Assembly (NCBI RefSeq): GCF_963921235.1
Contig: NC_086097.1
Location: 138,324,001-138,388,000, forward strand
Direction: 5' to 3'
Length of the DNA: 64,000 bases
Source: Mobula hypostoma
Taxonomy: Eukaryota
Each line of letters opens with the position of its first letter. Within the stretch, counting starts at the first letter, position 1. The notes under the pieces were generated by a model that searched no databases, was not told where the DNA came from, and worked only from the letters and a program-made list of their open reading frames with translations. Shown in pieces: positions 13,366 through 26,428 of this stretch. Made by a program: the position numbers and the translations under genes.

Positions 13366-13439
13366 TCTCAAAAAAATTGAGATTTGGAGGATGCAATCAT
13401 CAATATCATTAGTTGTAATAATTTTGGTAGTCTTCTAAT

Positions 13440-13609
13440 TTGTTCTGCATTTCATTTAAAGACATAACTTTTACTCAGTCAAATGGTGGTTTGCCTTTTT
13501 TTTTAAAATACCTTTTACTTTTCCATGAAACTTTGGCTAATTGGGGCTGTCACTTAATCGGGACAAAATGTTCTGGTCCTGCTGTGTCCCAATTAACCAG
13601 AATCCACTG
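13440..13609. mobile_element. Right half of a Tigger/pogo-like MITE
   Basis: Ends CCCAATTAACCAGAATCCACTG|TA; same family as 38743-39172. Confidence 0.7.
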
Positions 13610-13689
13610 TACTTCTCTACACTGACCCTGTGACTGAAGTATTTGTGAAATATATTTGACAAGCTACATACTTTCTTAAAGGCTTTTCT

Positions 13690-14260
13690 CACTCTTCTAG
13701 GCTCTGGAGAATGCAGCCCCACTCTATTTAATCCCTCCTCATACGGTAAACTAGTCTAATTAATCTTCCTTCATTGGACTCCCTTTTTGACAAGTAGATC
13801 CCTTCCTGGGTAAGGAGACTAAAACTGCACACAATATTCCAGATGTAGTCTCACCAAGGCAATATACAAGTGTAGCAAAAAATCTTTACTCTCGTAACAA
13901 AGCCCTCCTTACAATCACGTCTAAATTCAGTGTCATTGAAATATGATATCTGGACCTTACAACCAAATATTTGGTACAAATTCTAAATAATTGGAGCCCC
14001 AAGCAGTAAACCTTGCCAACCTGAGATGGATCTATTTGTTTCCACTATTTGCTTTCTGTCCAATAACCATATATCAATCTACATCAGTACCTTACTCCCA
14101 AACAGCCTGAAAACCCAAATATACCAAATTCACCGACTCCTCCTTGATTATACACGACGTCCTCACAAAACCTGAACAGACAGTCAACTATGACTGTGAT
14201 TTCACAACTGTACACGGATCTTTATTTTTTCCCAAGGTGTTCTATTATGACACCCTTCAG
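13690..14260 (-). mobile_element. Old CR1 fragment
   Basis: AAAACTGCACACAATATTCCAGATGTAGTCTCACCAAGGC is the reverse complement of the ALVRxHLEYCVQF motif. Confidence 0.7.
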
Positions 14261-16839
14261 TACAGATTGGTTGACAGTAGTTTTAATCCTCTTTTTGTTT
14301 GGTAATGCCTTTAAATGCTGGGTCTTAAACTAAAACGTTGCCACTCCTTTGCTTCAACGGATGCTGCTTGACCTGCTGTTCTTCAGTTTGTTTATTGATC
14401 CAGATTCCAGAATCTGCAGAATGTGTCTCCAAAATCAGAATTAAGATGCAGATAAAATGTAACTGATTTCAGTGCAGAGTACAATACAAGGCAGATTATT
14501 GTCTAAAGTCGGCCAGGGCCCAGAGCAGAGACCAATTCCGGGTAGAGGCTTCAGTACCAGCACACCCTGAGGGGTTGGTATTCATGCCATGTCCCCTGTA
14601 TCAACAGATGTTCCAGGGATATCTTGTTTGGGTGGTTGGAGCAGACTTTGGGTGCTTGTTGTACAGTCTGTTGGGCATGCTGGACAGGCAGTATCACCAG
14701 GTAAGAACTGGCATTACTCTGGGTTTATCCTCAGTTTTGAAAGTATGTGTTGTTCATGGGCTGAATTAAGCACCTTAGTGCTTCAATTCATACTGTTTTT
14801 CGATGAGCGAGCAGTCTGTCCCTGCCACCTGGTCAAATTTAAATAAACCCAACGGTGGTTTCAAGGATGTACTATGTACAGAGGTACAAGGAATGGCATG
14901 AAGGCTAAAAGAGTAAGTAACGGAACAACCATCAATATGGTTTTTAATATTTTCCAAATGTCAGCTGGCCAATACTTGCCACCATTTCTTGATAAATCAG
15001 TGAACAATAACAAGCCAAGACCATCTGAACATAACTTCTAATAAGATTCCAAGGTCTAATCCTTGGAAATTAATTCACCCAGTCACTGGAGGGCGAGTTT
15101 TACCTACACATGCGTTCATTGGCCCTGGATAAACCTTCTCCAAGAAGCTGAAGCATGTGAGGTCACAGATAAAATAACAGCACTGGTAGCATCCAAAGTA
15201 AATCAATACAACTAAAGGGGAAAGGGTTCCTTCCTCCAAAAGGAGAACTATTCTTATGGTAACATAATTACTGCATTTGGAACTATTTATCTGTTTGTCC
15301 TGCTTTTGACTGAAACAGGACTAATTCTTGTGCTCTCAAAGGAGTATTTCTTCATACAAGGGTGCTTTTCAGTCATGTGCAGCAACAGATAATTAGTTCT
15401 AAAATACTGCAAGCTATTAGCAAGGTCGTACTTCAGGTATACAGGAAAAAGACATACTGGGTCCAAAAAAATCACTCAAGCATTCTGACTGAAGTCACTG
15501 TTGACCTCACAATGAATCCGAAAGAATGCAACACAATATTCTAATCACATGGCCTTTTTAGAAACAAACCACATAGTATTTCCCACTGCTTTGACCTTGA
15601 TTTATATGGTCTGATTTTGGAAAACACTGCAGTTAGAAACATGGCAGTTTCCAAACCTCTACTGCTACAAATGAAAACCAATGGTGAGCTTTTTAAAATC
15701 TGTTTACACACAGCTGCTGGCATTTCAGCTGTATAAAATATAATGGCTGGCCTATGGACATTTGCCCACTTCATGTGGATTCCAAGCAGTCTCGACAAAT
15801 ATGAATTTACACTATAATACAAAAAGATCTTTTATATAATACTATCAATTTTTACATCTCACTGCATCTTACACTTTAACAAAGATGAATATTTTGCCAA
15901 GACAAAACATGTGTCTGCTATTATTTTTCTAATATTGTGAAACACTTTAGCAAGCATGATATTTGAAACAAGTTTTTCATGGTGTGATATAATAATGTGA
16001 CAATACACCAACGGTAAAGACTTCCCAAGTAGATCAATAGGCCTGTCCATTTGAGGAGCCACACCAGCAAGACTAGTAAAGGTTCAAATCTGATGTGGGC
16101 TGACATAGCTTAACTATTTACAGATTGTTTGTAGGCTATTTGGAATATAAAGGCTGTGCAGATGTTGATTGGCGATCTGGTGCAGGACTGGATGGGGAGA
16201 AGGAAAAATCAAAGCTTCAGATCCTATTGAACATCCAGCAATCCTAATTGGAAAGGGTGCCTGAAGCATGAATGCATTGTCCAATGCCGGCATTTTCGGG
16301 AGCCACTCTCCAGAAAAGGACTCAAATTGGGGAAGGGTAGAACTAATGATTAAAACAAGCAAGCAAAATAGATCCAAACATTTAAAGGTTTTGATGCTCT
16401 TGGGTTTCTTCCAACTTCAAGAAAATCACCCATTTCGTCATGTGGCTGCCATAACATGGTGAACGGTGGACAGAGGAAAAGGGACAAGAACATGCAGTTC
16501 TCATTCATTTCAAAATTATATGTTCTCTGTTTTTATACAATTCATGGATTTGACATTAACAGCTAAAGGATCTTCTTTGGTGCAATGCTAATACCTTCCT
16601 TTCTATCCTCCAAGTCATCAATATGAATACTTTTTCCCCTATAACTACCCATTCCATTGAATTACCAAACCATGATTGCTTCCCACGTCATTGCTGTGAC
16701 CATTGCTCTACAACCTCTCTTTTTCTCATAAGGTTTAAATCAAAATATCTGCAAAATCCTCAAGTAAAGAGGCACAGCTAAGGTTGCACTTGCCTGAAGT
16801 AACAATTAATTTCATTTATAACTTATCTTTCAAATATAT

Positions 16840-17280
16840 TTCACAACCAGAGCTGAACACAATATTCCGAAGTGTAATCAGGGTTTTTTAGAGCTGCAGC
16901 ATTGCCTCACAGCTCTGGAACTCGATCCCCGACTAATGACCAAAACACCATACGTCTTCTTAACCACCCAATCAACTTGTGCTGAAACTGGGTGATCGAT
17001 GGACATGGAGCCCAAGAACTCTTTGTTCCTCCACACTGCTAAGAATCATACCAGAGGAATCCTATAGGGAGCCCAGCTCTGGATCTTGTCAGTGTCCTGT
17101 TGTAACCTATGACAATATTCTACACTACCAACTTTCCTGTCATCTGCGAAGTTACTAACTCACCCTTCCACGACCTCATCCAAGTCATTTATATATAATA
17201 AAATCACAAAGAGCTGAGTTCTCAGAACAGATCTCTGAGGAACTGCCAGACAGAAAATGGTCTATCTACAACTATCTTCT
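16840..17280 (-). mobile_element. Old CR1 RT fragment
   Basis: The minus strand contains degraded SVL..FIYINDLDE..SNFADD and LxYCVQLW motifs. Confidence 0.65.
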
Positions 17281-17285
17281 GCCTT

Positions 17286-18245
17286 CTGGATGATAATGTG
17301 GTAAATTGGATCAGCAAACTTGCTGATGATACAAAGATTGGAGGTGTAGTGGACGGTGAGAAAGGTTTTCAGAGCCTGCAGAGGGACTTGGACCAGTTGG
17401 AAAAATGGGCTGAAAAATGGCAGATGGAGTTTAATACAGACAAGTGTGAGGTATTGCACTTTGGAAGGACAAACCAAGGTAGAACATACAGGGTCAATGG
17501 TAAGGCACTGAGGAGTGCAGTAGAACAGAGGGATCTGGGAATACATATACAAAATTCCCTAAAAGTGGCATCATAGGAAGATAGGGTCGTAAAGAGAGCT
17601 TTTGGTACATTGGCCTTTATTAATCGAAGTATTGAGTATAAGAGCTGGAATGTTATGATGAGGTTGTATAAGGCATTGGTGAGGCTGAATCTGGAGCTTT
17701 GTGTTTAGTTTTGGTCACCAAATTACAGGGAGGATATTAATAAGGTTGAAAGAGTGCAGAGAAGGTTTACAAAGATGTTGTCTGGACTTGAGAAACTCAG
17801 TTACAGAGAAAGGTTGAATAGGTTAGGACTTTATTCCCTGGAGCGTAGAAGAAGGAGGGGAGATTTGATAGAGGTATATAAAATTATGATGGGTATAGAT
17901 AGAGTGAATGCAAGTAGGTTTTTTCCACAGAGGGAAGGGGAGAAAAAAAACCAGAGGACATGGGTTAAGGGTGAGGGGGGAAAAGTTTAAAGGGAACATT
18001 GGGGGGGGCTTCTTCACACAGAGAGTGGTGGAAATATGGAATGAACTGCCAGACGAGGTGGTAAATGCGGGTTCTTTTTTAACATTTAAGAATAAATTGG
18101 ACAGATACATGGATGGGAGGTGTATGGAGGGATATGGTCCGTGTGCAGGTCAGTGGGACTAGGCAGAAAATAGTTCAGCACAGCCAAGGAGGGCCAAAAG
18201 GCCTGTTTCTGTGCTGTAGTTTTTCTATGGTTTCTACGGTTTCTA
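17286..18245 (+). mobile_element. 5'-truncated CR1 LINE
   Basis: Peptides [30 protein letters not shown] and FFTQRVVEIWNELP; tail TTTCTATGGTTTCTACGGTTTCTA. Confidence 0.93.
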
Positions 18246-18564
18246 ACCCATGTGAGGAGCTTTATTTTCTGACCACAAGTCAAGAGATAAGAATAGAACT
18301 AGGCAATGTGCCTTATGTAACTGCATGAAGGAGGAAAGGGAATGGTGAAATCAGCCATTTCAAAGACTTCAGAATGTCCAAGGACAAGGATGGATAGATT
18401 GCTAGCAACTAATTAAATCAGTCTGAGCTCTGCATTAAGGGTGCAGATCTGACTGCAACATTCAAACAAGAAGCCTGGCAAAAACAAATATGACTTTGGA
18501 TCACAGTATTAATTATTGTCACATGTTTTGAAATACAGTGGAAAAACTTTTGTGACAAACTTGT

Positions 18565-19366
18565 GGAGACAAAGAAGACTATAAATGCTGGAATCTAAAG
18601 CAAAAGACAAAATGCTGAAGGGCAGGCATCAGGTCAGGCAGCAGTGGTGGAGGGAAATTGATAATAATGTTTAAAATTTAATGTTGCAGCTATATAGGAC
18701 CCTGGTCAGACTCTACTTGGAGTACTGTGCTCAGTTCTGGTCGCCTCACTACAGGAAGGATGTGGAAACCATAGAAAGGGTGCAGAGGAGATTTACAAGC
18801 ACGTTGCCTGGATTGGGGAGCATGCCTTATGAAAACAGGTTGAGTGAACTCGGCTTTTTCTCCTTGGAGCGGCACAGGATAAGAGGGGAGCGACACAGGA
18901 TAAGAGGTGACCCAACAGAGGTGTATAAGATAATGAGAGGCATTGATCGTGTGGATTGTCAGAGGCTTTTTCCCCAGGGCTGAAATGGTTGTCACAAGAG
19001 GACACAGGTTTAAGGTGCTGGGCAGTAGGTACAGAGAAGATGTCAGGGGTAAGTTTTTTTTTACACCAAGAGTGGTGAGTGCGTGAAATGGGCTGCCGGC
19101 AACAGTGGTGGAGGTGGATACGATAGGGTCTTTTAAGAGACTTTTGGATAGGTACATGGAGCTTAGAAAAATAGAGGGCTATGGGTAACCATAGTAATTT
19201 CTAAGGTAGGGACATGTTCAGCACAACTTTGTGGGCCGAAGGGCCTGTATTGTGCTGTAGATTTTCTATATTTTGGACTAAGATCCCTCATTAGTTCTGA
19301 CACAGGGCTGCGACCTGAAATGTTGACTGTCCATTTTCCTCCATGGATGTTGCCTGACCTGCTGAT
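18565..19366. mobile_element. Old short PLE fold-back element split by a CR1 insertion
   Basis: Left arm 18565-18670 (ATGCTGGAATCT..CAGGTCAGGCAGCAGTGGTGGAGGGAAAT). The remainder and right arm lie at 19273-19366 (TTCTGACACAGGGCTGCGACCTGAAATGTTGACTGTCCATTTTCCTCCATGGATGTTGCCTGACCTG). Confidence 0.7.
18680..19272 (+). mobile_element. 5'-truncated CR1 LINE
   Basis: Peptide MLQLYRTLVRLYLEYCAQFWSPHYRKD; contains a 21-nt internal duplication (ERHRIRG twice); ends in a TTTTCTAT tail. Confidence 0.92.
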
Positions 19367-21125
19367 TTTTTATGGAAAAACTTCCATAAACTTTCCAGAA
19401 ACAGCGAAAAACACAGAAGAGAAAAGTTGGAGATGGGGTTATAGTGAACAAGGCAAGAAAACTTAGAGTTTTGCTTTAAGGCAGTGATGATGACAGTCTC
19501 AACGAATGAAGACAATAGCAGGGAGAGAGAACTGTTAGCAATGTCAAACAACCTAGATGCCAAGAAGACAAGCTGAAGAGTAAACAGATATATAAATCAA
19601 GTTGAGTCAGAAACTGAAATATCAAAGGAGAAAAAACTTGCGTCTTTTCATAAAAATATGATTTTCTAAAGAAAATGTCGAAGCTGACATATGATTGGAG
19701 CCTGAAACGCATTGAGTAGAAAGTGCTTAATTGAAATACAGGCAGTCCCCAGGTTTTGCAAGGATTCCATTTCTGAGAACTGCCCACAAACCTATTTCCC
19801 TATAAGTCAGAAACAGCCATTTTTTACATCTACCCCATACTTCAGTGGCTCCCAAAATTGGCGATATTGCCCCCTAGGGGCAATGGGAGTTTCTAAGGGG
19901 GCAGTGGGGGGGGGGGATGCGGTCGGTAGCAAGGGGGGCAGCAGAGGGATTACAGGCTGAATTTAAGAAATTACTTTTTAATCAGCATTTGATCCTCAGC
20001 ACCTCAGAATTGATTATAATGATCACATAACCTCATATTTTGCTAACCTATCATTCCCTTAGACTTTGCTCAAAGCGCTTAATAGTCGTTGAAAAGCAAT
20101 GTGATACCTCTGTATTTGGCATATCATGAGAAATCTGGACTGAAGAAATCGTGTTAATTCCGGGCCTGACCCGAGCTTTATTACTGTTATTGTTGTAGTA
20201 CAGTGCTGGAGTATGATTCCCATGCTCCAATCACACAGTGACACAAATCCTGTTAATGAGACTACGGCATTCAATGGGAAAAATTAGAATTTGGCCTTTC
20301 AAATGGTCTTGACTGCATTTCTTTAGCCAACAGCCCAACAGAGATATCACTATCCCAGTTTACGTACCAGGTTTTGCATGAGCCATGACGATGTCATAAC
20401 TTTCCCCTTTATTGATTGCAACGCTTGAGGTGATTGACTGTTGTCATTAATCTATAATGAAAATGGTAGAGGAAGACCGAACAAAAAAAGTGTAGACAGT
20501 ATAGTGTGGAGTATCTGAAAAGTGGATTTATACCAACGTCAAGCAACAAATGACAGTCAATGTCTGTTGAGTGAAAAAAGTTTTTTTTTCCCAAATGAAG
20601 CACTGAAACCATCCATGCTCCTTGAACATTTGAAGAGAATATATCTGATAAAGCAAACAAAAAGTTGGCTTATTTTCAGTCACTTTGTGAAAACTTTCAA
20701 AAATTGAAAACACTTGAAAACATGTCTTCTAGCACTTTATAGCAAAACAAGTGATGGTTTGTGTGCTTCACACATTTCATTCCCCATTGCTAAATCTGGA
20801 AAGCTCCGTACAATTGGAGAAGAACCAATTCTGTCAGCAGTAAAGGATGTTCTGAGTACAGTTTTGCTTAAGTCACCAAATCAAATAACTTACACAATTC
20901 CACTCAGCGACAACTCTGTTCAAAGACAAATAATGAAATGTCTGAGAATGTGGAAGATTCCTTGTGCAAAATACTTAAGACAACAGAATTTGCCCTGCAG
21001 TTGGATGAGCCAACTTTTCCAGGCGATAAATCTTTGCTTCACGGTTATGTTCACTTCATAAAAGATGAAAGCATGGTTCAAGGGTGGTTATTTGCAAGGG
21101 GACTAGAAACAGATAAGAAGGGAGA

Positions 21126-22252
21126 AACACAAACAACAGGAATTCTGCAGATGCTGGAAATTCAAGCAACACACATCAAAGTTGCTGGTGAACGCAGCAG
21201 GCCAGGCAGCATCTCTAGGAAGAGGTACAGTCGACGTTTCAGGCCGAGACGCTTCGTCAGAACTAACTGAAGGAAGAGTTAGTAAGAGATTTGAAAGTGG
21301 GAGGGGGAGGGGAGATCCAAAATGATAGGAGGAGGGGGAGGGATGGAGCCAAGAGCTGGGCAGGTGATTGGCAAAGGGGATATGAGAGGATCATAGGACA
21401 GGAGGTCTGGGGAGAAAGACGGGGGGGGGGAACCAGAGGATGGGCAAGGGGTATAGTCAGAGGGACAGAGGGAGAAAAAGGAGAGTGAGAGAAAGAATGT
21501 GTGTATAAAAATAAATAACAGATGGGGTACGAGGGGGAGGTGGGGCATTAGCGGAAGTTAGAGAAGTCGATGTTCACGCCATCAGGTTGGAGGCTACCCA
21601 GACGAAATATAAAGTGTTGTTCCTCCAACCTGAGTGTGGCTTCATCTTTACAGTAGAGGAGGCCGTGGATAGACATGTCAGAATGGGAATGGGATGTGGA
21701 ATTAAAATGTGTGGCCACTGGGAGATCCCGCTTTCTCTGGCGGACAGAGTGTAGGTGTTCAGCAAAGCGGTCTCCCAGTCTGCGTCGGGTCTCGCCAATA
21801 TATAGAAGGCCACATCGGGAGCACCGGACGCAGTATATCACCCCAGCCGACTCACAGGTGAAGTGTCGTCTCACCTGGAAGGACTGTTTGGGGCCCTGAA
21901 TGGTGGTAAGGGAGGAAGTGTAAGGGCATGTGTAGCACTTGTTCCGCTTACAAGGATAAGTGCCAGGAGGGAGATCAGTGGGGGGGAGGGGGTGATGGAG
22001 GGGACGAATGGACAAGAGAGTTGCGTAGGGAACGATCCCTGCGGAAAGCAGAGGGTGGAGAGTGAAAGATGTGCTTAGTGGTGGGATCCTGTTGGAGGTG
22101 GTGGAAGTTACGGACAATTATATGTTGGACCCGGAGGCTGGTGGGGTGGTAGATGAGGACCAGGGGAGGATGGAGTGAGAGCAGATGTACGTGAAACAGG
22201 GGAGATGCGTTTGAGGCAGAGTTGATAGTGGAGGAAGCTCCTTTCTTTAAAA
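21126..22252 (-). mobile_element. 5'-truncated Penelope-like element with a well-preserved GIY-YIG domain, 3' UTR and hammerhead motif; 8-bp TSD
   Basis: ORF 21548-22117 contains CKRNKCYTC..FTCESAGVIYCVRCSRCGLLYIGETRRRLGDRFAEH..SLQPDGVNIDF. AAGGGAGA is present on both flanks (21118-21125 and 22253-22260). Confidence 0.93.
21229..21264 (-). ncRNA. Minimal type I hammerhead ribozyme motif (core intact, stem II mismatch)
   Basis: Minus strand reads AGTT-CTGACGA-AGCGTCTCGGCCT-GAAA-CG-TC-GACT. Confidence 0.7.
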
Positions 22253-22359
22253 AAGGGAGAGTTAATATTTTGGGATGTCAAGCAATTTTTCAAAAAGGAC
22301 ATTCCACTCACCAACATTCTTGCTTGTGCAACAGATGGGGCATCAATGTCAACACGCCA

Positions 22360-22747
22360 CCATTCATCACCATCATTATGTAGCATGCCGTATGATGTAG
22401 ACAATCGTGGTCTATCCATGACCATGATTGCTCTTGGCAAATTATTCTACAGAAGTGGTTTGCCATTGCCTTCTTCTGGGCTGTCTTTGCAAGACAGATG
22501 ACCCCAGCCATTATCAATACTCTTCAGAGACTGTCTGCCTGACGTCAGCGTTTGCATGTGCGGGACGTGATATGCACCAATTGCTCATACAACCATCCAC
22601 CACCTGCTCCCATGGTTTCATGTGACTCTGATCGGGAGGAGGGTGGGGCGGCAAAGCAGGTGGTATGCCATGCCCAAGGATGACCTGCAGGGTGGCAGAC
22701 AGAAAGAGTGCCTTACACCTACTTTGGTAGAGACAAAGTTCCACCGC
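22360..22747 (-). mobile_element. Non-coding RTE-related SINE-like element (about 390 bp)
   Basis: The minus strand has GGTCATCCTTGGGCA (CORE-like), GAAGAAGGCAATGGCAAACCACTTCTGTA (RTE/Bov-A-type motif) and an (ATG)n-like tail. It interrupts the hAT transposase between DGASM and IHCVIH. Confidence 0.65.
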
Positions 22748-24279
22748 ACATATTTACCATTCACTGTGTAATTCACAGACATCTTGTCGCAAAAAAAACG
22801 CTGCACAAATCATTAAATATTGTTATCACAGCAGTAAATAAAATCAAATACCATGCTTTCAACTCTTGACTATTTGGAGAATGATGAACAGTCTGAACAC
22901 TTGTTCAGATGCCTCTCAAAACTGTCTGAGATGCTTTTATGCACTTTTTGAAATGGTAATAAAATTCTTTGAAGACTTGAATACTTCATTCAGTAATTAA
23001 CTCAAGAATATTAGGCATAATATTGCTTATTTGTTAGAATTATTTGCAAAGTTCAATGAAATCAATCTTCAATCGCAAGGAAATGATGTGAGTTTTATCA
23101 AAGACAAATCAGTCATCTCCACATTTCGTTCCAAGTTAACCCAATTGAAGTGCAACATTGGTCATTAAAACCTTTTCCAATTTCCAAACCTCTCTGAGTT
23201 GGAACGGGAAGAAAAAATACAGATGATGATCTTCAAGTATACTGTGCACACCCAGGTGAGCCACATAAAGACGTGTCAGAGAAATTTCAGGATCTTCTCT
23301 TGATCCAAATTCCAAATTGGTTAATAAATCCATTCCTGAACATTTGCAATGAGCAATTAGCAAGGAGGATGGAAGAAGAACTGAACTTGCTGCAAAATGA
23401 CTGAGCTGAAGCCAAGGTCTAAAAAAAAAATCACATTAACAATATTGGTTGAAGAAAGAAATCTCTGACCACCGTTTTGTACTGTGGAAAAAGGGCAAGA
23501 TGTTCTTTACTGCCTTTCCAGCATTATATTTAGTGGAGTGTAGTTTCAGTAGTCACCCAACTTCTTTCGAAGCAACAAAAAGACTGCAAATAGCTGAACG
23601 TGGGAATCTGAGACTCCTTCTGAGTGACGTCCAGCCTGACGTTGAGAAGCTGATATCACTGCACCTAAGCCCATCCAATCTCCTTGAAAGGTGAAAAAGC
23701 AATGAGGTTGTGAATAGTTGGACTGCTAATGGACATTCCAAAGTCGTTGATGAAAATTGCATTTGCTATAATTAAATAATTTTATTTGCAGCTATAAATA
23801 GATTTGAATAATTTTTGCAATTTTTAAAATCAGTATTTATCACGGGGAGGGGGAGAGGAAGATTATAGCAATCACTCAAGCACCATGAGAAGGCATAGCA
23901 AATTTTAGATTTAGTTACTGAATTTTCTATTGCCATGGATTTAAATTAGTGATAATAAGCAGTTCAACATTTCAAAAAAAAAGTAACTACACAAGTAACT
24001 TGTTGAAACACTGGGTTTCAATACTGGTTCAATTTTAAAAGGCTGTGTGTTGTGATACCTTTTGAATGCACATGAAAAGTCATGGAATGAAATAGGAACA
24101 CTTCTTCTCCCACAGAAGCTGGCTGAACTAATGTCCATGTTCAACAATGTTTTTATTTCAGACATTCAGCACTGTAGTTGCTTGCTAAATTTTCTATAAG
24201 ACCCATCAATGGAGTCAAAATGTCTTTCAACAAAACTGGCATCCACATGGCAGAGTGATAGCTTAAAATTTGATTGAAT

Positions 24280-25120
24280 CTGGCATCTCTCACTCAATGT
24301 CAGTAAAATCAAAGAGCTGATTACCGACTACAGGAGGAAGAAGCTGAAGGTTCATGAGCCAGTCTTTATTTGGGGATCAGAGGTAGAGAAGGCCAGTAAC
24401 TTTAAATTCCTTGGCGCTATTATATCAGAGGATCTGTCTTGGGGCCAGCATATAAATGCCATCACAAAGAAGGCAAAGCAACACCTCTACTTTCTTAGAA
24501 GTTTGCCTAGTGGCATGCAATCTAAAACTTACGACATATTTCTATACACAGTGTATTCAAACTTGATGCATCACAACCTGGTGTGGAAACACCAATGTAC
24601 AGGAATGGAAAGGTAGACAGAAAATGATGGATACAGCTCAATTCAGAGGCAAAGCCCTACCCACCACTGTGTGCATTTACAAGGGTCGCTGTCACATCAA
24701 AACAGTATTCATTATCAAGAACCCCCACCATCCAAACAATACTCTCTTCTTTCTACCATCAGGTAAGAGGTACAGGAGCCTTAGGTACCACCACACCACC
24801 AGGTCCAGAAACAGTTATTACCTACAACCATCAGGCTGCTGAACCAGCATGGATATCTTCACTCACCACAACTCTGAACTGATTCCACAACTTACAGACT
24901 ACGTTCGAGGATTCTACAACTCAGGCTCTCAGTATTTTTTTAAAATTTGCACAATTTGTCCCTTTTGCACATTGGTTGTTTGTCAGTCCTTGTTTATTGT
25001 ATAGCTTTACACAGATTCTATCGTATTTCATTATTTTCCTGTAAATGCCTGCAAGAAAATGAATCCCAAGGTAGTATATGGTAACATATATGTACTTTGA
25101 TAATAAAATTACATTGACTT
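24280..25120 (+). mobile_element. Rex1/Babar LINE 3' part
   Basis: Peptides KELITDYRRKK..NFKFLG and IIKNPHHP..LPSGKRYRSL, followed by a 3' UTR and tail. Confidence 0.85.
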
Positions 25121-25150
25121 TGATACCACACTGGGGCAGGCAACCAAATA

Positions 25151-26428
25151 CAATGCCGTAAAAGTATTCAGGCCCCAACCCTTTGTTCACATAAATGAAT
25201 ATTACAGGGATTTTGATCATTTTAACTGAGGTTTTTTTTTGAATCACACGCTCTTTTTTTCATAGGAGAGCCCAGAAACAGGGAAAATTGTAAAGCATGA
25301 AAAACTAAAATTCAAAAACTGAAATGTCAGCAGTTCAGAAGCATTCATCCCCCTTTACTCAGTACTTAGTTCAACAACCTCCAGTAGCTATTACAGCCAG
25401 TAGTCTTTCTGGATAAGTCTCTACTAGCTTTGCACAATATAATGCAGCAAGATTTGCCCATTCTTCCTTGTAAAAGTACTCAAGCAGTCCCACATTAGTT
25501 GGGGAGCGGCAGCAGACAGCAATTTTGAGGTCTTGCCAGAATTGTTCATTCGGGTTAAGATCAGGACTCTGACTGGACCACAAGGATATTATTTTCTTCA
25601 TTTGAAGCCACCCCATAGTTGCTCTGGCAGTGTGCTTTGGGTCATCATCTTGCTGAAACTTTTAAAACTTGACAAACTTTAAGCTTTCAGGCAGAGGCTA
25701 GCAGATTTTTATCCAGGATCCTTCTGTATTTAGCAACATTCATCTTCCCATTAATCCTCACCAGCTTTCCAGTCCCTGCTGCTGAAACGCATCCCCATAG
25801 CACGATGCTAGCTCCACCATACACTACAGTAGGCTGATGCACAGCAGTACATTTAAGCCACATGTACCACCTCACGTTGAGGTCAAAAATTCCCACTTCA
25901 GTCTCATCCGACCATAACACTTTTCCACATCCTTAGAGCATCTTCTAAGTATGCTTTTCAAAGTCTTCTTCAGTCAGCACTTCTTCCTTGCCACTCTTCC
26001 ATAAATACCATTTTTGTGCCCTTACAGATTGTGGAGTCATGAACTTTATCTCCAGCTGCAGCTATTGACTTCTGCAACTCACTCGCAGTGACTGCTGGCA
26101 TCACAATAGTCTCTCTTACAAGTGCCGTTCTTCTCCAGAGACTAAGTTTAGAGGGGCAGCCTGACTTTTTCACGATGGGCTGCAATGAGCAAGTGACCCT
26201 CCAATTTTCTACATTAACAAATTGGGTGAGTTTGTAAGTTAATATGCAGAATTGCACCTGAATAAAGTTACCATAGTAATTACACGGAGGATGAATACTT
26301 TTTCAACTTCACAATTTTGATTTTTAGTAGATTAATGACAGGTTTTGGAATTTTTCTTTTGAATTGACATGATGCATGATGTTTAGTAGATTAGTTCAAA
26401 AAATTCCCACTTCAGTATATTTTGTATA
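25151..26428 (-). mobile_element. Degraded Tc1-family DNA transposon
   Basis: End reads TA|CAATGCCGTAAAAGTATTCAGGCCCC. Peptides [32 protein letters not shown] and SQSPDLNPNEQFW..LLAVIATGG. Confidence 0.88.

Larger units (their letters stand above)
19843..23860 (+). mobile_element. hAT Charlie/Buster-type DNA transposon with a dead transposase (about 20463-23694) and two nested retroposons
   Basis: Left end CAGTGGCTCCCAAA. Peptides KCRQYSVEYLKSGF, NEALKPSMLLEHL (BED finger), FALQLDEPT, CATDGASM, IHCVIHRH (CxxH) and AFPALYLVECSFS. No clear right TIR. Confidence 0.88.

Noticed and set aside
16840..18245. Single CR1 with a 5' inversion
   Set aside because: The two opposite-strand pieces cover overlapping parts of the RT and differ greatly in decay, so they are better explained as separate insertions.
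22600..22747. HDV-like ribozyme at the 5' end of the RTE-related element
   Set aside because: RTE elements can carry one, but I could not trace the nested double pseudoknot in this copy.
20463..23694. Domesticated ZBED/SCAND3-like gene
   Set aside because: It has multiple stops and frameshifts, two nested insertions and a transposon left end, so it is a dead hAT copy.
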